This document shows positions 28,351 through 37,095 of a DNA stretch of 64,000 bases, piece by piece (positions within the stretch are counted from its first letter, which is position 1; every line of letters starts with the position of its first letter). The position numbers and the translations under genes are program-made. Where the stretch lies: contig CAVOVB010000001.1 in assembly GCA_963699755.1 (NCBI GenBank), positions 672,001 to 736,000 of the forward strand, in the 5' to 3' direction. The notes beneath the pieces are model-generated. The model did no database searches. It worked only from the letters and a program-made list of their open reading frames with translations, and was not told the origin of the DNA. The DNA comes from an uncultured delta proteobacterium. GTDB lineage: Bacteria; Myxococcota_A; Polyangia; Polyangiales; Houyiibacteriaceae.

Positions 28351-29271
28351 TCAGTCCTTTTTGCCCTTCGCTTCTTTGGCGCGCCGGTAGGCCTTGGTGA
28401 GGAGCTGCGGAGGATGATGCCCCCACTCGCTGACCTTGTCGTGGGTCATGCTCTTCCAACCCTCTCCGATTTCGATGGCCCCAGCGCCGAACTCGAAGTG
28501 AAAACCGGAGGGCGTGTACCCGTAGAACGAAAACATCTTGTCGTTGGGGTGCCGCCCCAGGGTTTGGTGAACCATCCCGCCGGAGAAGAGGAAGCGATCG
28601 TAACACCTGCCGACTTCATCCAGCGTCTTGGACTGCACCATGAAGTGGTGAATGCGCTTGAGCTGCCCGCCACCGAATGCAAGCGAGTGATGCCGCGCGT
28701 TGGCGTGCATGAAGGTGACGTTGATCTCGTGCCCAAAGTACTCACAACGAATGTAGTCGCTGAGCTCGAGCCCGAAGATGCTCGCATAGAACTGTTCCTG
28801 CTTCGCGTCGTCTTTGGAGACGACGACGACGTGTCCAAAACCCTGTTCGTCCGCGACGAAACCCGAAGCGACGACTTCGGAGAGGAACGGCTCGTCGGCC
28901 ATCCTGGGACCGTAGAAGATCTCGATCGGGTTCCCAGCCGGATCACTTGCTCGAACGAGCGCCTGAACGTTTCGCCTAGCGGCGTCGTCCTGGCTAGCCT
29001 CGACGACCTCGTGTCCGGCACGTTTGAGGCTTTGGACGATCTCTTCGAGCGCCGCGGGGCCTTCGACCTCCCAGCCGACCGCCGCCAGGTCGTCCGCCGG
29101 CCCCTTCTCGATGAAGAAGCGCTGCTGATAGCCATCCATGCGTAGAGAAAAACCGCTATCACCGCGCCGATCGACCAGCTGGAGACCAAGAATCTTGGTT
29201 CCGAAATTCTCCCACGCCGCGAGGTCGCTGACCTCGAAGACCAAGTATCCCGCTTGCTTTACCGCAGCCAT
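28351..29271 (-). CDS. hsaC: Extradiol ring-cleavage dioxygenase, HsaC/BphC-like (VOC fold)
   Basis: GFGHVV, HHSLAF, HHFMVQ, LGRHPNDKMFSFY..TPSGF.FEFG, SEWGH. Start reset to MAAVKQ. Confidence 0.82.
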   Translation of the reverse strand: MAAVKQAGYLVFEVSDLAAWENFGTKILGLQLVDRRGDSGFSLRMDGYQQRFFIEKGPADDLAAVGWEVEGPAALEEIVQSLKRAGHEVVEASQDDAARRNVQALVRASDPAGNPIEIFYGPRMADEPFLSEVVASGFVADEQGFGHVVVVSKDDAKQEQFYASIFGLELSDYIRCEYFGHEINVTFMHANARHHSLAFGGGQLKRIHHFMVQSKTLDEVGRCYDRFLFSGGMVHQTLGRHPNDKMFSFYGYTPSGFHFEFGAGAIEIGEGWKSMTHDKVSEWGHHPPQLLTKAYRRAKEAKGKKD

Positions 29272-29324
29272 TTGCCTTGCCTCCGGCCGCATCATAGTAC
29301 GGAGGCCGCATCTGGCTACGGAGA

Positions 29325-30032
29325 ATGTTGATGAAATCCACCGCAACGGCGAGAGGGCCCACGGTCCCGACTGCAGCAGTCATCGCAACCGTCGTCGTCG
29401 TCGGCACGCTGTTCCACACCTGGCTGCACCAGCGCGAGCACGGCATCTACAACATTACGCAGATCGGCTTGGCGTTCTTCCTGGTGATCAACATGATGAT
29501 CGCGTGGTGGGAGATCGCGTTGTTCGTCTGCCAAGATCAGATTCACGCCGAGTACGAGGCCACCAAGGAACCTTACCGCGGACGCGAGCTGCAACGAATC
29601 GGAGAGATCTTCGCGCGCCGCATCCCGCTGTTGCGCGTTTTCTCCTTCAGCGAGTGGACGACGATTTGGTCGGGCTATTCGCTCTTCGACCCGGGGTACT
29701 CCGACCGACGCTCGTTCGGCTACAACATCGACGTAGGCAACGGCTTCACGACCCTGATTCCGGCAACCCTATTCGCATTCGGCATGACCTTCGAGCTGAT
29801 GCCAGCGCGCTGGCTCGGCATCATCGGCGTGGTCATGTTCTGGCAGATGTTCTACGGAACCTCGGTTTACTTTTTCCAGTTCTTCAACAACGGCCGCCAC
29901 GAAGGCCACTCGCTCAGGGACCTCCTGCTCTTCGTCGGCATCACCAACCTGATGTGGCTCGTATTTCCGATCTGGGGGCTCTGGACGAGCATCCAGCTGA
30001 TTCTGAGCGGCTCCTACGGCCTCTTTCTCTAG
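29325..30032 (+). CDS. EBP/EXPERA-like membrane protein, putative sterol delta8-delta7 isomerase
   Basis: WSGYSLFDPGY, QMFYGTSVYF and FVGITNLMWLVFP parallel EBP motifs WxEYxxxDxRY, GQxYGxxLYF and NxxWxxxP. Confidence 0.6.
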   Translation: MLMKSTATARGPTVPTAAVIATVVVVGTLFHTWLHQREHGIYNITQIGLAFFLVINMMIAWWEIALFVCQDQIHAEYEATKEPYRGRELQRIGEIFARRIPLLRVFSFSEWTTIWSGYSLFDPGYSDRRSFGYNIDVGNGFTTLIPATLFAFGMTFELMPARWLGIIGVVMFWQMFYGTSVYFFQFFNNGRHEGHSLRDLLLFVGITNLMWLVFPIWGLWTSIQLILSGSYGLFL

Positions 30033-31408
30033 ATCGCGCGCCGGTCTCTCGATTTCAGCATCATTTTCTGCATCTGCTTGAAGTCGGCAACGGCATCCTG
30101 CTCGTCGGTCGAAAACGGATAGTCGGCGCCGATCGAATGGGCAACGACCAGCCCGGACATGAAGGACAAGTCGTGTCCGCCCTCTGGAGTCGTGAACGTA
30201 CCGCAGTAGTAGAGCCCGTCCTTCCCCTGAAGGTGTCGCATCATCGACATGATGATGAGGTTCCCCAGCGAGACGCTGTGGGTGGGATGGGGCAGCTCGA
30301 TCCGTTTCTGAGCTCGCTCGATCGGCCGCTTCGCGTTGAAGGTGACCAGCATCGGCACACCCTGGTCCTTGGTGCTCGGGTTCTGGGCCGAGATGACGAA
30401 AGTGCACTCGAGCTCGCCCGCTTCATCGATTTGCGAATAGGTGTTGTACCCGGAGAGGATCTTGTCGCGATGTTCCCCGGGGAAGATGCTCGTGTCGGAG
30501 TGAACGATGAAGCTGGAGAACGTCGGATCGACGTCGTCTACGTACTCAGCCCTGCTGAAGAGGAGCCTCTGAAGCCAGCTGGGAGATTCGAGCGCGTCGA
30601 GCACCGAGGTCGCATCACAGGCGAAGACCACCTCATCGGCTTCGTAGCTCCGCCCTCTTGCATCAGCGAGGATGTACCGACCGTTTCTCCGTTTCACGCT
30701 CGTGATTTCGTGGTCGCAGTGCACCCGATCCGAAAATCGCGCCGTCATGCGGTCGAAAACCTGCCGGGGCGCGCCTTGCCAGGTTCCCATCTGCGTAGGC
30801 TCTTCGAGAGGTACGATGCTTTCGAGCAAGGGCAGGATCACCGCGGGAACCCCGCGCATCGAAGTCGTGATGAAGCTCGCGCAGTGGATCGGAACGAAGA
30901 TCGTGTCCCAGAAGTCGCGCGAGATCCCAAAGAGCCGGGCCATCCAGTAGAGCGGGATGAAGTTGAGCGGGTTGAAATACGAGAAGTGGTAGAGAGAGTC
31001 GTGTTTGTTTCTTGGCAGGAAGAAATCGTTCACCTTGCTGACGAAGGCGACGAGCCGCTTCCACCGGCGAAACTCGGGCGCGAATCGCTGCTGGAGCGCG
31101 GTTTGCCCGTCCTGGCAGAAGTGCCCCTCGGGGGTCTGCACGAAGTATGAGATGGGCAAGGTTTCGATTCCGACGCCTAGCTGCTGCAGGAGCAGCTCGT
31201 AGTTGTGGTAGTACATCTGCGGCCAGGCGACGACGAGGAGGGGCGAGTCCGCATGGCCTCGATCGGTGCGCCAGCGAAAGGTCTTCGCGTTGCCGCCGAG
31301 CGCAGGGCCCTTCTCGAAGATGTCTACCTCGTAGCCCGAGCGGCTGAGCGACCAGGCCGCGCCAACCCCGGCGATACCCCCTCCAACGACCGCTATCTGC
31401 TTGGTCAT
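30029..31408 (-). CDS. FAD/NAD(P)-binding oxidoreductase (amine-oxidase/COG2907-like)
   Basis: IAVVGGGIAG...FEK...LGGNA dinucleotide fold; C-terminal YYCG...GGHD..SG. Confidence 0.8.
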   Translation of the reverse strand: MTKQIAVVGGGIAGVGAAWSLSRSGYEVDIFEKGPALGGNAKTFRWRTDRGHADSPLLVVAWPQMYYHNYELLLQQLGVGIETLPISYFVQTPEGHFCQDGQTALQQRFAPEFRRWKRLVAFVSKVNDFFLPRNKHDSLYHFSYFNPLNFIPLYWMARLFGISRDFWDTIFVPIHCASFITTSMRGVPAVILPLLESIVPLEEPTQMGTWQGAPRQVFDRMTARFSDRVHCDHEITSVKRRNGRYILADARGRSYEADEVVFACDATSVLDALESPSWLQRLLFSRAEYVDDVDPTFSSFIVHSDTSIFPGEHRDKILSGYNTYSQIDEAGELECTFVISAQNPSTKDQGVPMLVTFNAKRPIERAQKRIELPHPTHSVSLGNLIIMSMMRHLQGKDGLYYCGTFTTPEGGHDLSFMSGLVVAHSIGADYPFSTDEQDAVADFKQMQKMMLKSRDRRAI

Positions 31409-31431
31409 ACGGCTCTCCCCAATCTCCTTCG

Positions 31432-32676
31432 CTACGCCCGCTTTGGTACCAAATCGACGATCGGCCCGTGGCGCAAAGTGTGACAGAGGCCTTTGTAGAT
31501 GCCGAGCGATTCGTAGACCGCCGCGGTCATCATCACCGTCCGGGTCTGCCCGATGATCGTGAATGGGAAGCCGCTGTGCAGAAAGGCAAACGAAAGCCGG
31601 TGCTCGGGGTTCGCCCAACCCCCAGCTCCACCTAACCCGAAATGTCCGAAGGCCGCCGGGACGTCCATCAGGAAAGCGTCGGTTCGGTGATAGCCGAGCT
31701 TCCAATGAAGGGGATAGATCGTGACCCTGTCGGCGCGCCTAGTTTGGACCTCGGACGCTTTTCGAACGACTTCTTCGGAGACCAGCCGGACGCCGTCGAG
31801 CTGGCCGCCCATCGAAAGCGGCGCGTACAACTTGGCGAGCGAACGCGCGGTCGCGACGCCGTTCATCGCAGGCAAGCAGGCCTTCCAAAACGCCGGATGC
31901 GAAAAGAGCTCCTTGGCATTTCGCGGAGTAATTCCGCGGCGACAGAGATCGCGCATCTGATTGGAGCGGACCCAGAAGGGCACGCGGTAGTCGATCCTGA
32001 GAGGCAGAGCGCCGTGCCGCTGGAGCTCAGGCAAGCCCACGAAGTCGGGTATGCGATCCATTTGGCTGTCCGCGTCGCCGATGTACAGCCCGTCGAGGTC
32101 GAGAGGTTTGACGATTCGTTGCTCGATGAACTCCGACACCGTGAGGCCAGAAATGCGGCGAATCAGCTCGCCCACGAGCCAACCAAAGGTGAGCGCCTGA
32201 TAGGCGTTGGCCGTGCCGGGGTGGAAGTCCGGCTCGATCTTGGCAAGGCGCGAGACGATGAGGTCCCAGTCGAGGATGTCGGTAAGCTGCTCCACGACAT
32301 GGACGACCTTGTGAAGGCCTGCCTGGTGCGAAAGGACTTGCCGGACGGTGATCTCCTGCTTGCCATTGCAGCCGAACTCTGGCCAATAGTCGGCGACCGG
32401 CGCCTCGTAGTCGATGAGACCTTCGGTCGCCAGCACGTGGATCGCGGTCGAGGTGATTCCTTTCGTGCCTGAGTAGCAGATCGACATCGTGTCTCGCTGC
32501 CAGCGCGCGCCGTCTTTCCGCGCAGACCCCGCCCAGATGTCGACTACGGGCTTGCCTTCGATGAACACCGCCGCCGAGGCACCTCCGCCGTACTGCTTGA
32601 TTTGCTTCCGCATCAGCTTCACGACCGGCTCGAATCGTGGCTCGTATGCGCCATATATCTCGATCTTCGTAGACAT
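31432..32676 (-). CDS. Serine hydrolase, beta-lactamase-related esterase
   Basis: VVDIWAG, SGTK (SxxK), LSHQAG, FGHFGLGG. Confidence 0.88.
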   Translation of the reverse strand: MSTKIEIYGAYEPRFEPVVKLMRKQIKQYGGGASAAVFIEGKPVVDIWAGSARKDGARWQRDTMSICYSGTKGITSTAIHVLATEGLIDYEAPVADYWPEFGCNGKQEITVRQVLSHQAGLHKVVHVVEQLTDILDWDLIVSRLAKIEPDFHPGTANAYQALTFGWLVGELIRRISGLTVSEFIEQRIVKPLDLDGLYIGDADSQMDRIPDFVGLPELQRHGALPLRIDYRVPFWVRSNQMRDLCRRGITPRNAKELFSHPAFWKACLPAMNGVATARSLAKLYAPLSMGGQLDGVRLVSEEVVRKASEVQTRRADRVTIYPLHWKLGYHRTDAFLMDVPAAFGHFGLGGAGGWANPEHRLSFAFLHSGFPFTIIGQTRTVMMTAAVYESLGIYKGLCHTLRHGPIVDLVPKRA

Positions 32677-32703
32677 CAGCTCCGTCCTGGGTAGCGCACC
32701 GGG

Positions 32704-33513
32704 CTAGATCGGTCCAAAGAACGCCGCGGCGAAGTCCAATAGGAAGATCATGATCAGGCTCGCGGTGCACGCTGCGGCCGCCGTCATCGGCAGGCTCCAA
32801 TTCTTGTTACGCTCCTCGTCGATCCAGCAAAAGATCGGGAAGCTCGCTACGAAGTAGAGCGAATAGAAAAGGGAGCCGTACGTGAGCATTCGCTCCAGGT
32901 CCTTGTAGTAGAACTGGCTCTCCATCCAGGGGTTCGCCATGGCCTTGGTTTCCATCCAGGCCCAAAAATAGGCGATGCCGAGGACCAGGATCGGCCACGC
33001 CAGGGCGCCGCTCGGAATCCGGGAGGTGCGGATGCGCCTGAGGACGATGACCGCGGTCGTGTGATAGGTGAGAAAGTACGCCTGGGTGAGCAGATACATG
33101 ATCAACGGCACCCGTTGTTCTCCGGAGCCCACGAGCGCCGAATCGAGATTGAGCTCGATCATCGGGTAGTCGTAGACCATCCCGAGCACGTCGAAGAAGT
33201 ACTCGGTGCCGAAGTAGTTGGCCGCGAAGTTGAAGATCGCAATGTAGAGGTTCGCTTTGAACCAGTAGGTCTGGTACCAGCGTCGCCCGATGGGCTTCTC
33301 GTCGCGAATGAGGGCTGGGATCGCCGCCAGGGGCAGCGCGACGGCGACACCAATCGCCATGAAGCCCCACTCGCCCACACGATCGGTGACGCCGAGGCCC
33401 ATCACGAGCCCCATCATCGTCATCCAGACCGGCGAGTAGGCGAGGAAGAACCTCTCGCCCCAGGCCTTGCTGGGGTTTGCCGAGAACCAGCGCGGGACGA
33501 CAGCGCGCGTCAT
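32704..33513 (-). CDS. cpi1: Cycloeucalenol cycloisomerase (cyclopropyl sterol isomerase) homologue
   Basis: WFSANPSKAWGERFFLAYSPVW, YWFKANLYIAIF, NYFGTEYFF.VLG..Y and YH...LRR match plant CPI1 motifs. Confidence 0.85.
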   Translation of the reverse strand: MTRAVVPRWFSANPSKAWGERFFLAYSPVWMTMMGLVMGLGVTDRVGEWGFMAIGVAVALPLAAIPALIRDEKPIGRRWYQTYWFKANLYIAIFNFAANYFGTEYFFDVLGMVYDYPMIELNLDSALVGSGEQRVPLIMYLLTQAYFLTYHTTAVIVLRRIRTSRIPSGALAWPILVLGIAYFWAWMETKAMANPWMESQFYYKDLERMLTYGSLFYSLYFVASFPIFCWIDEERNKNWSLPMTAAAACTASLIMIFLLDFAAAFFGPI

Positions 33514-34889
33514 GCGGCCCGGCGGCGATATCGAATCCGAATGGGCGGCTTGGGCCCGAGGACCAGGCCCTGGAAGTCGGTTTCAATCGGATCGCCAGCG
33601 AGCTCGAAATCATAGCGATTGAGCAAGACCGCGATGATCGTTTTGATCTGCAAGATCGCGAAGGCGTTCCCCATGCACTTGTGTCGACCACCGCCAAAAG
33701 AGATGTACGCGAACGGGCGCTTGTCCTCTTCGCGTCCGGGGCCGTAGCGGTCCGGATCGTACTCGAGTGCGTTCTTGAACACTTCCTCGTCCCGATGCGC
33801 AATCATCGGCGAGACCGCCACCCAGTTCCCCTTCTTCACCCGATAACCCAAGATTTCGCAGTCCTCGAGCGCCGCTCGGAGAAGGATGAAGAGCGGCGGA
33901 TGGATGCGGAGGGCCTCTTTCACGGCGCCTTCGGTCTTCTCGAGGTCGCGAAGAGACTCGAAGCTGTATTGCTCGGCGTCCGCGTAGCGCGCGTGGATTT
34001 CGCGTTGCACTTCCTCGAGGAAGCGCGGGTGCCTCAGGAGCTCGACTAGGGTCCAGGCGGTCGTGACGGAGCTCGTGTGGTGCCCGGCAAACATGGCAGC
34101 GACGAGCATACCGGTGATCTCGTGGTCGCTGAGCTTGCTCCCATCCGAGTACTCCGCGTCCATCAGCGTCTGCAAGAAGTCTTCGCCCCGGTAGCCGGAC
34201 TGCTTTCGCTTCTCGACGATTTCGGAAACCATCTCCCCAAGCCGGGCGCGCGCCCTGTCCCGACGCCGAAAAGCAGGGAGCGGTAAGTACGGATGGATAT
34301 AGCCCCAGGCGACGATGCCTCGCTCGAGATCGTAGTAGACCTTCGAGAACTCCGCGCTCATCTCATTGCGGAACTCTTTGCCGAGCAGGCAGCTGCTCGA
34401 CGTGTAATTGGTGAGCATGCCGAAGAATTGGCTCGCCTCGATCTCGCCTTGCTCGCCCCAGTCGGCAAGAACGTCTAGGGTCTCTTTGGCCACGATTTCG
34501 GTGTAGGTGCGCATGCGATTGTTGCGCAGCGCCGGGTAGAGCATGTGCATCTGCTCTGCCATTTTCGCGGGCTCGGCTCCGTAGGCGACCCCCTCGCCAA
34601 AGACGGGAACCATCATCTTGTAGGCCGCGTTAGGACTGAGGACTTCGTCGGGCTGCCTGAACAGGGCCTCGTGCGCCGCCGGTCCGGTGAAGAGAATCAT
34701 GTCCTTGCCGAAGAGCTTGAATCGACCGACCCGCCCACACTCGTCGTAGGTCCGCTGGAGCAAGCCGATCGTGTCCTTCACGAAGGCCATGGTGTGACCG
34801 ACCAGCGGAAGCCCGCCCTTGAGCTTGGGAGGCCTCTTGAGCTTGCCGGCGGTCATGGTCGTAGTGGCGCTCTGTGCTCTTGCTGTCAC
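33510..34889 (-). CDS. cyp51: Cytochrome P450, sterol 14-alpha-demethylase CYP51
   Basis: PVFGEGVAY, MFAGHHTSS (CYP51 I-helix), EALR, FGGGRHKCMG heme Cys; AGGAG RBS. Confidence 0.92.
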   Translation of the reverse strand: MTARAQSATTTMTAGKLKRPPKLKGGLPLVGHTMAFVKDTIGLLQRTYDECGRVGRFKLFGKDMILFTGPAAHEALFRQPDEVLSPNAAYKMMVPVFGEGVAYGAEPAKMAEQMHMLYPALRNNRMRTYTEIVAKETLDVLADWGEQGEIEASQFFGMLTNYTSSSCLLGKEFRNEMSAEFSKVYYDLERGIVAWGYIHPYLPLPAFRRRDRARARLGEMVSEIVEKRKQSGYRGEDFLQTLMDAEYSDGSKLSDHEITGMLVAAMFAGHHTSSVTTAWTLVELLRHPRFLEEVQREIHARYADAEQYSFESLRDLEKTEGAVKEALRIHPPLFILLRAALEDCEILGYRVKKGNWVAVSPMIAHRDEEVFKNALEYDPDRYGPGREEDKRPFAYISFGGGRHKCMGNAFAILQIKTIIAVLLNRYDFELAGDPIETDFQGLVLGPKPPIRIRYRRRAA

Positions 34890-34938
34890 CCTGGGCTCCT
34901 AGTCGGTCGCATGGTATCTGGGAACGGAAGGAGCTCCA

Positions 34939-35130
34939 ATGCGAATCAAAGCGGATTTCGATCTTTGCAAGGGACACGCCAACTGCATGGGCGAAGCCCC
35001 CGAGGTCTTTGAGGTGGATGACAATGGCTACCTCAACATACTTCAGGAAGAGCCGCCCGAAGAGCTGCGCGAACAAGTCGAGCTCGCGGTCAAGCACTGT
35101 CCCACGGGCGCCCTCAGCCTCGAAGGCTGA
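34939..35130 (+). CDS. [3Fe-4S]-type ferredoxin, probable CYP51 redox partner
   Basis: CKGHANC...CPTGAL; GAAGGAG RBS; divergent from cyp51. Confidence 0.9.
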   Translation: MRIKADFDLCKGHANCMGEAPEVFEVDDNGYLNILQEEPPEELREQVELAVKHCPTGALSLEG

Positions 35131-35231
35131 GCTGTCATTCCCACGGCTTGATGTGCTCGGTCATCAACTGGTAGCTGCTGTGTTGGAGGTACGCGGCTGA
35201 GATGAACTCGGGATGGGAAAGGCTCGCCTGA

Positions 35232-36035
35232 CTAGCGGGACCGACAAGGGCCTTCCCCAGGCGGAGGGCACTCAGCGACGGCCAACCAGTCCATGGTGAG
35301 AGCGACGCCCACATGAATCAGGACCCCTCCCCAGATGGAGCGGGTGCGCATTGCTAGCGTCCCGAGGGCAATCCCCGCAAGAATTGCGCCGAGGGTTTCG
35401 GGCAGTGGCTTTGGGTAGTGAATCATGCAGTAGGGCACGATCATCACGTAGATGGCGCCATAGCCGAACTTGTGCCGGAGCCCGTTGAGCATGTAGCCGC
35501 GAAAGAAAAACTCGAGGGCGAGGAATTGAACCGTATAGAGCAGCTGCCACGAGAGGAAGTGGGCGACCGACTGATTGGCGTACTTATAGAAGGGATAGGT
35601 GCGAAGAAATTGCTCTTGCTGCGCGACGAGCAGCACGAAAGGGAGCACGAGTAGATAGAGCCCAACGTAAATCCAAAGGTGGCGGCCGAAGCCGCGGAAA
35701 GAGATGTAGTAGTCGCGAATGCGCTCGCCTGGCATCAAGAGGATGGTCAGCCCTGGGATCAGCACGTAGGTCACAATTCGAACGCCCGACCACCAGGCCC
35801 TGGCCATCAAGTCCCATTCCGCGCGTGAATGAACCTTTGGGTCGTACGGAACGAGGTCGGAGAATGTCGCGTTGCCGCCGAAATACCGCGCGAGCGTTAG
35901 CACGACGGCGGTCGTGACGAGCACGACGATCGGTCGCCAATCGAGTCGCTCGGCACGGGCGGTGTCCGCCTCCGCGTCAGCCTGACGCCAAGAATCCAAG
36001 AAGACGCGCTGAAAAAACCCCTCTATCCCATCCAT
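35232..36035 (-). CDS. CPBP (Abi/CAAX) family intramembrane metalloprotease
   Basis: [21 protein letters not shown]. Confidence 0.85.
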   Translation of the reverse strand: MDGIEGFFQRVFLDSWRQADAEADTARAERLDWRPIVVLVTTAVVLTLARYFGGNATFSDLVPYDPKVHSRAEWDLMARAWWSGVRIVTYVLIPGLTILLMPGERIRDYYISFRGFGRHLWIYVGLYLLVLPFVLLVAQQEQFLRTYPFYKYANQSVAHFLSWQLLYTVQFLALEFFFRGYMLNGLRHKFGYGAIYVMIVPYCMIHYPKPLPETLGAILAGIALGTLAMRTRSIWGGVLIHVGVALTMDWLAVAECPPPGEGPCRSR

Positions 36036-36093
36036 CGAAGCGCGGGACTATAACCGATGGACGATGTCGATTGTAGGCTAAGCTCTGGGACGG

Positions 36094-37074
36094 ATGGCAT
36101 CTGCCGTGAACAATCGACTGACTACCCTGATCGTGCTGACTACGCTGGCGATCTGCGCGCTCTTTTGTGCTCAAGGAGCGACCGCTCTGCTTGCCGAAAG
36201 GACGCTGGGCGCCGAAGAGGAGGCCAGCCCAGCCCCTCCCGGCAAGGCCGTGGCGCCCGCTCGGACTCAACGCAAACGCGATCCGGTCGTCATCCTGAAG
36301 CGCAATATCTTCGACTCTGCGCTGGGCGACCTGTCCAGCGTCCCCAGCCAGGAACCGGCGCTGGCCTTGGAAGACTTGCCAGCAGAAGACGTGGAAACCC
36401 TTTGCACTGGAGAGATGCGGGTGATCGGTACGGTAGTGATTCCCGGCGATCTCGAACGCTCGCTCGCCGCCATCGTAGGCACAGACAAGAAGGCGGGCCT
36501 GCACTACGGCGGGACCGAGGTCGAAGGCTCCAGGATTCGTGCAATTCATTCCGACGCGGTGGTGCTTCAGAGCAAGAGCGGCCTGTGTCGCCTCGCCATG
36601 TTCCAGGTTGCTGGTTCGACCAACAAGCCCGTGTTCAGGGGCGCGTCGGAGCCCAAGGAAGTCAAACAGAAGAATGTCAGGAACGCCGCGATTACGGATC
36701 GCAACGCCGGCCTGACCAACGAAGAGATGAACGAGGGCATCGAGCGCGTCAACGACAACAACTTCAATCTCTCGCGGACGATGCTCAACAAAGTGCTCGA
36801 CAATGCTGGCAAGATCATCGGTATTGCCGCGGTCTCGCCCAAAATCGAAAACGGAGAGTCGATCGGCATGGAGATTCGAGGCATTCGTCCCTACACGCTT
36901 CTCACCAAGATCGGCATCCAGAACGGCGACATCCTCGAGAGCGTCAACGGCCAATCTCTGAGCAGCCCCGATGCGGCACTCGGCGCCTACACGACCCTGC
37001 GAACGGCCGACAAGTTCACTCTTTCGGTTCGGCGCGGCGGCCAATCGATGATGATCAACTACAACCTCCAATGA
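36094..37074 (+). CDS. gspC: Type II secretion system protein GspC (PDZ-containing)
   Basis: N-terminal TM, RNIFDS, and PDZ segment IGIQNGDILESVNG...VRRGG. Confidence 0.85.
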   Translation: MASAVNNRLTTLIVLTTLAICALFCAQGATALLAERTLGAEEEASPAPPGKAVAPARTQRKRDPVVILKRNIFDSALGDLSSVPSQEPALALEDLPAEDVETLCTGEMRVIGTVVIPGDLERSLAAIVGTDKKAGLHYGGTEVEGSRIRAIHSDAVVLQSKSGLCRLAMFQVAGSTNKPVFRGASEPKEVKQKNVRNAAITDRNAGLTNEEMNEGIERVNDNNFNLSRTMLNKVLDNAGKIIGIAAVSPKIENGESIGMEIRGIRPYTLLTKIGIQNGDILESVNGQSLSSPDAALGAYTTLRTADKFTLSVRRGGQSMMINYNLQ

Positions 37075-37095
37075 GCGAGGCGCCGGAAAGCTAAG

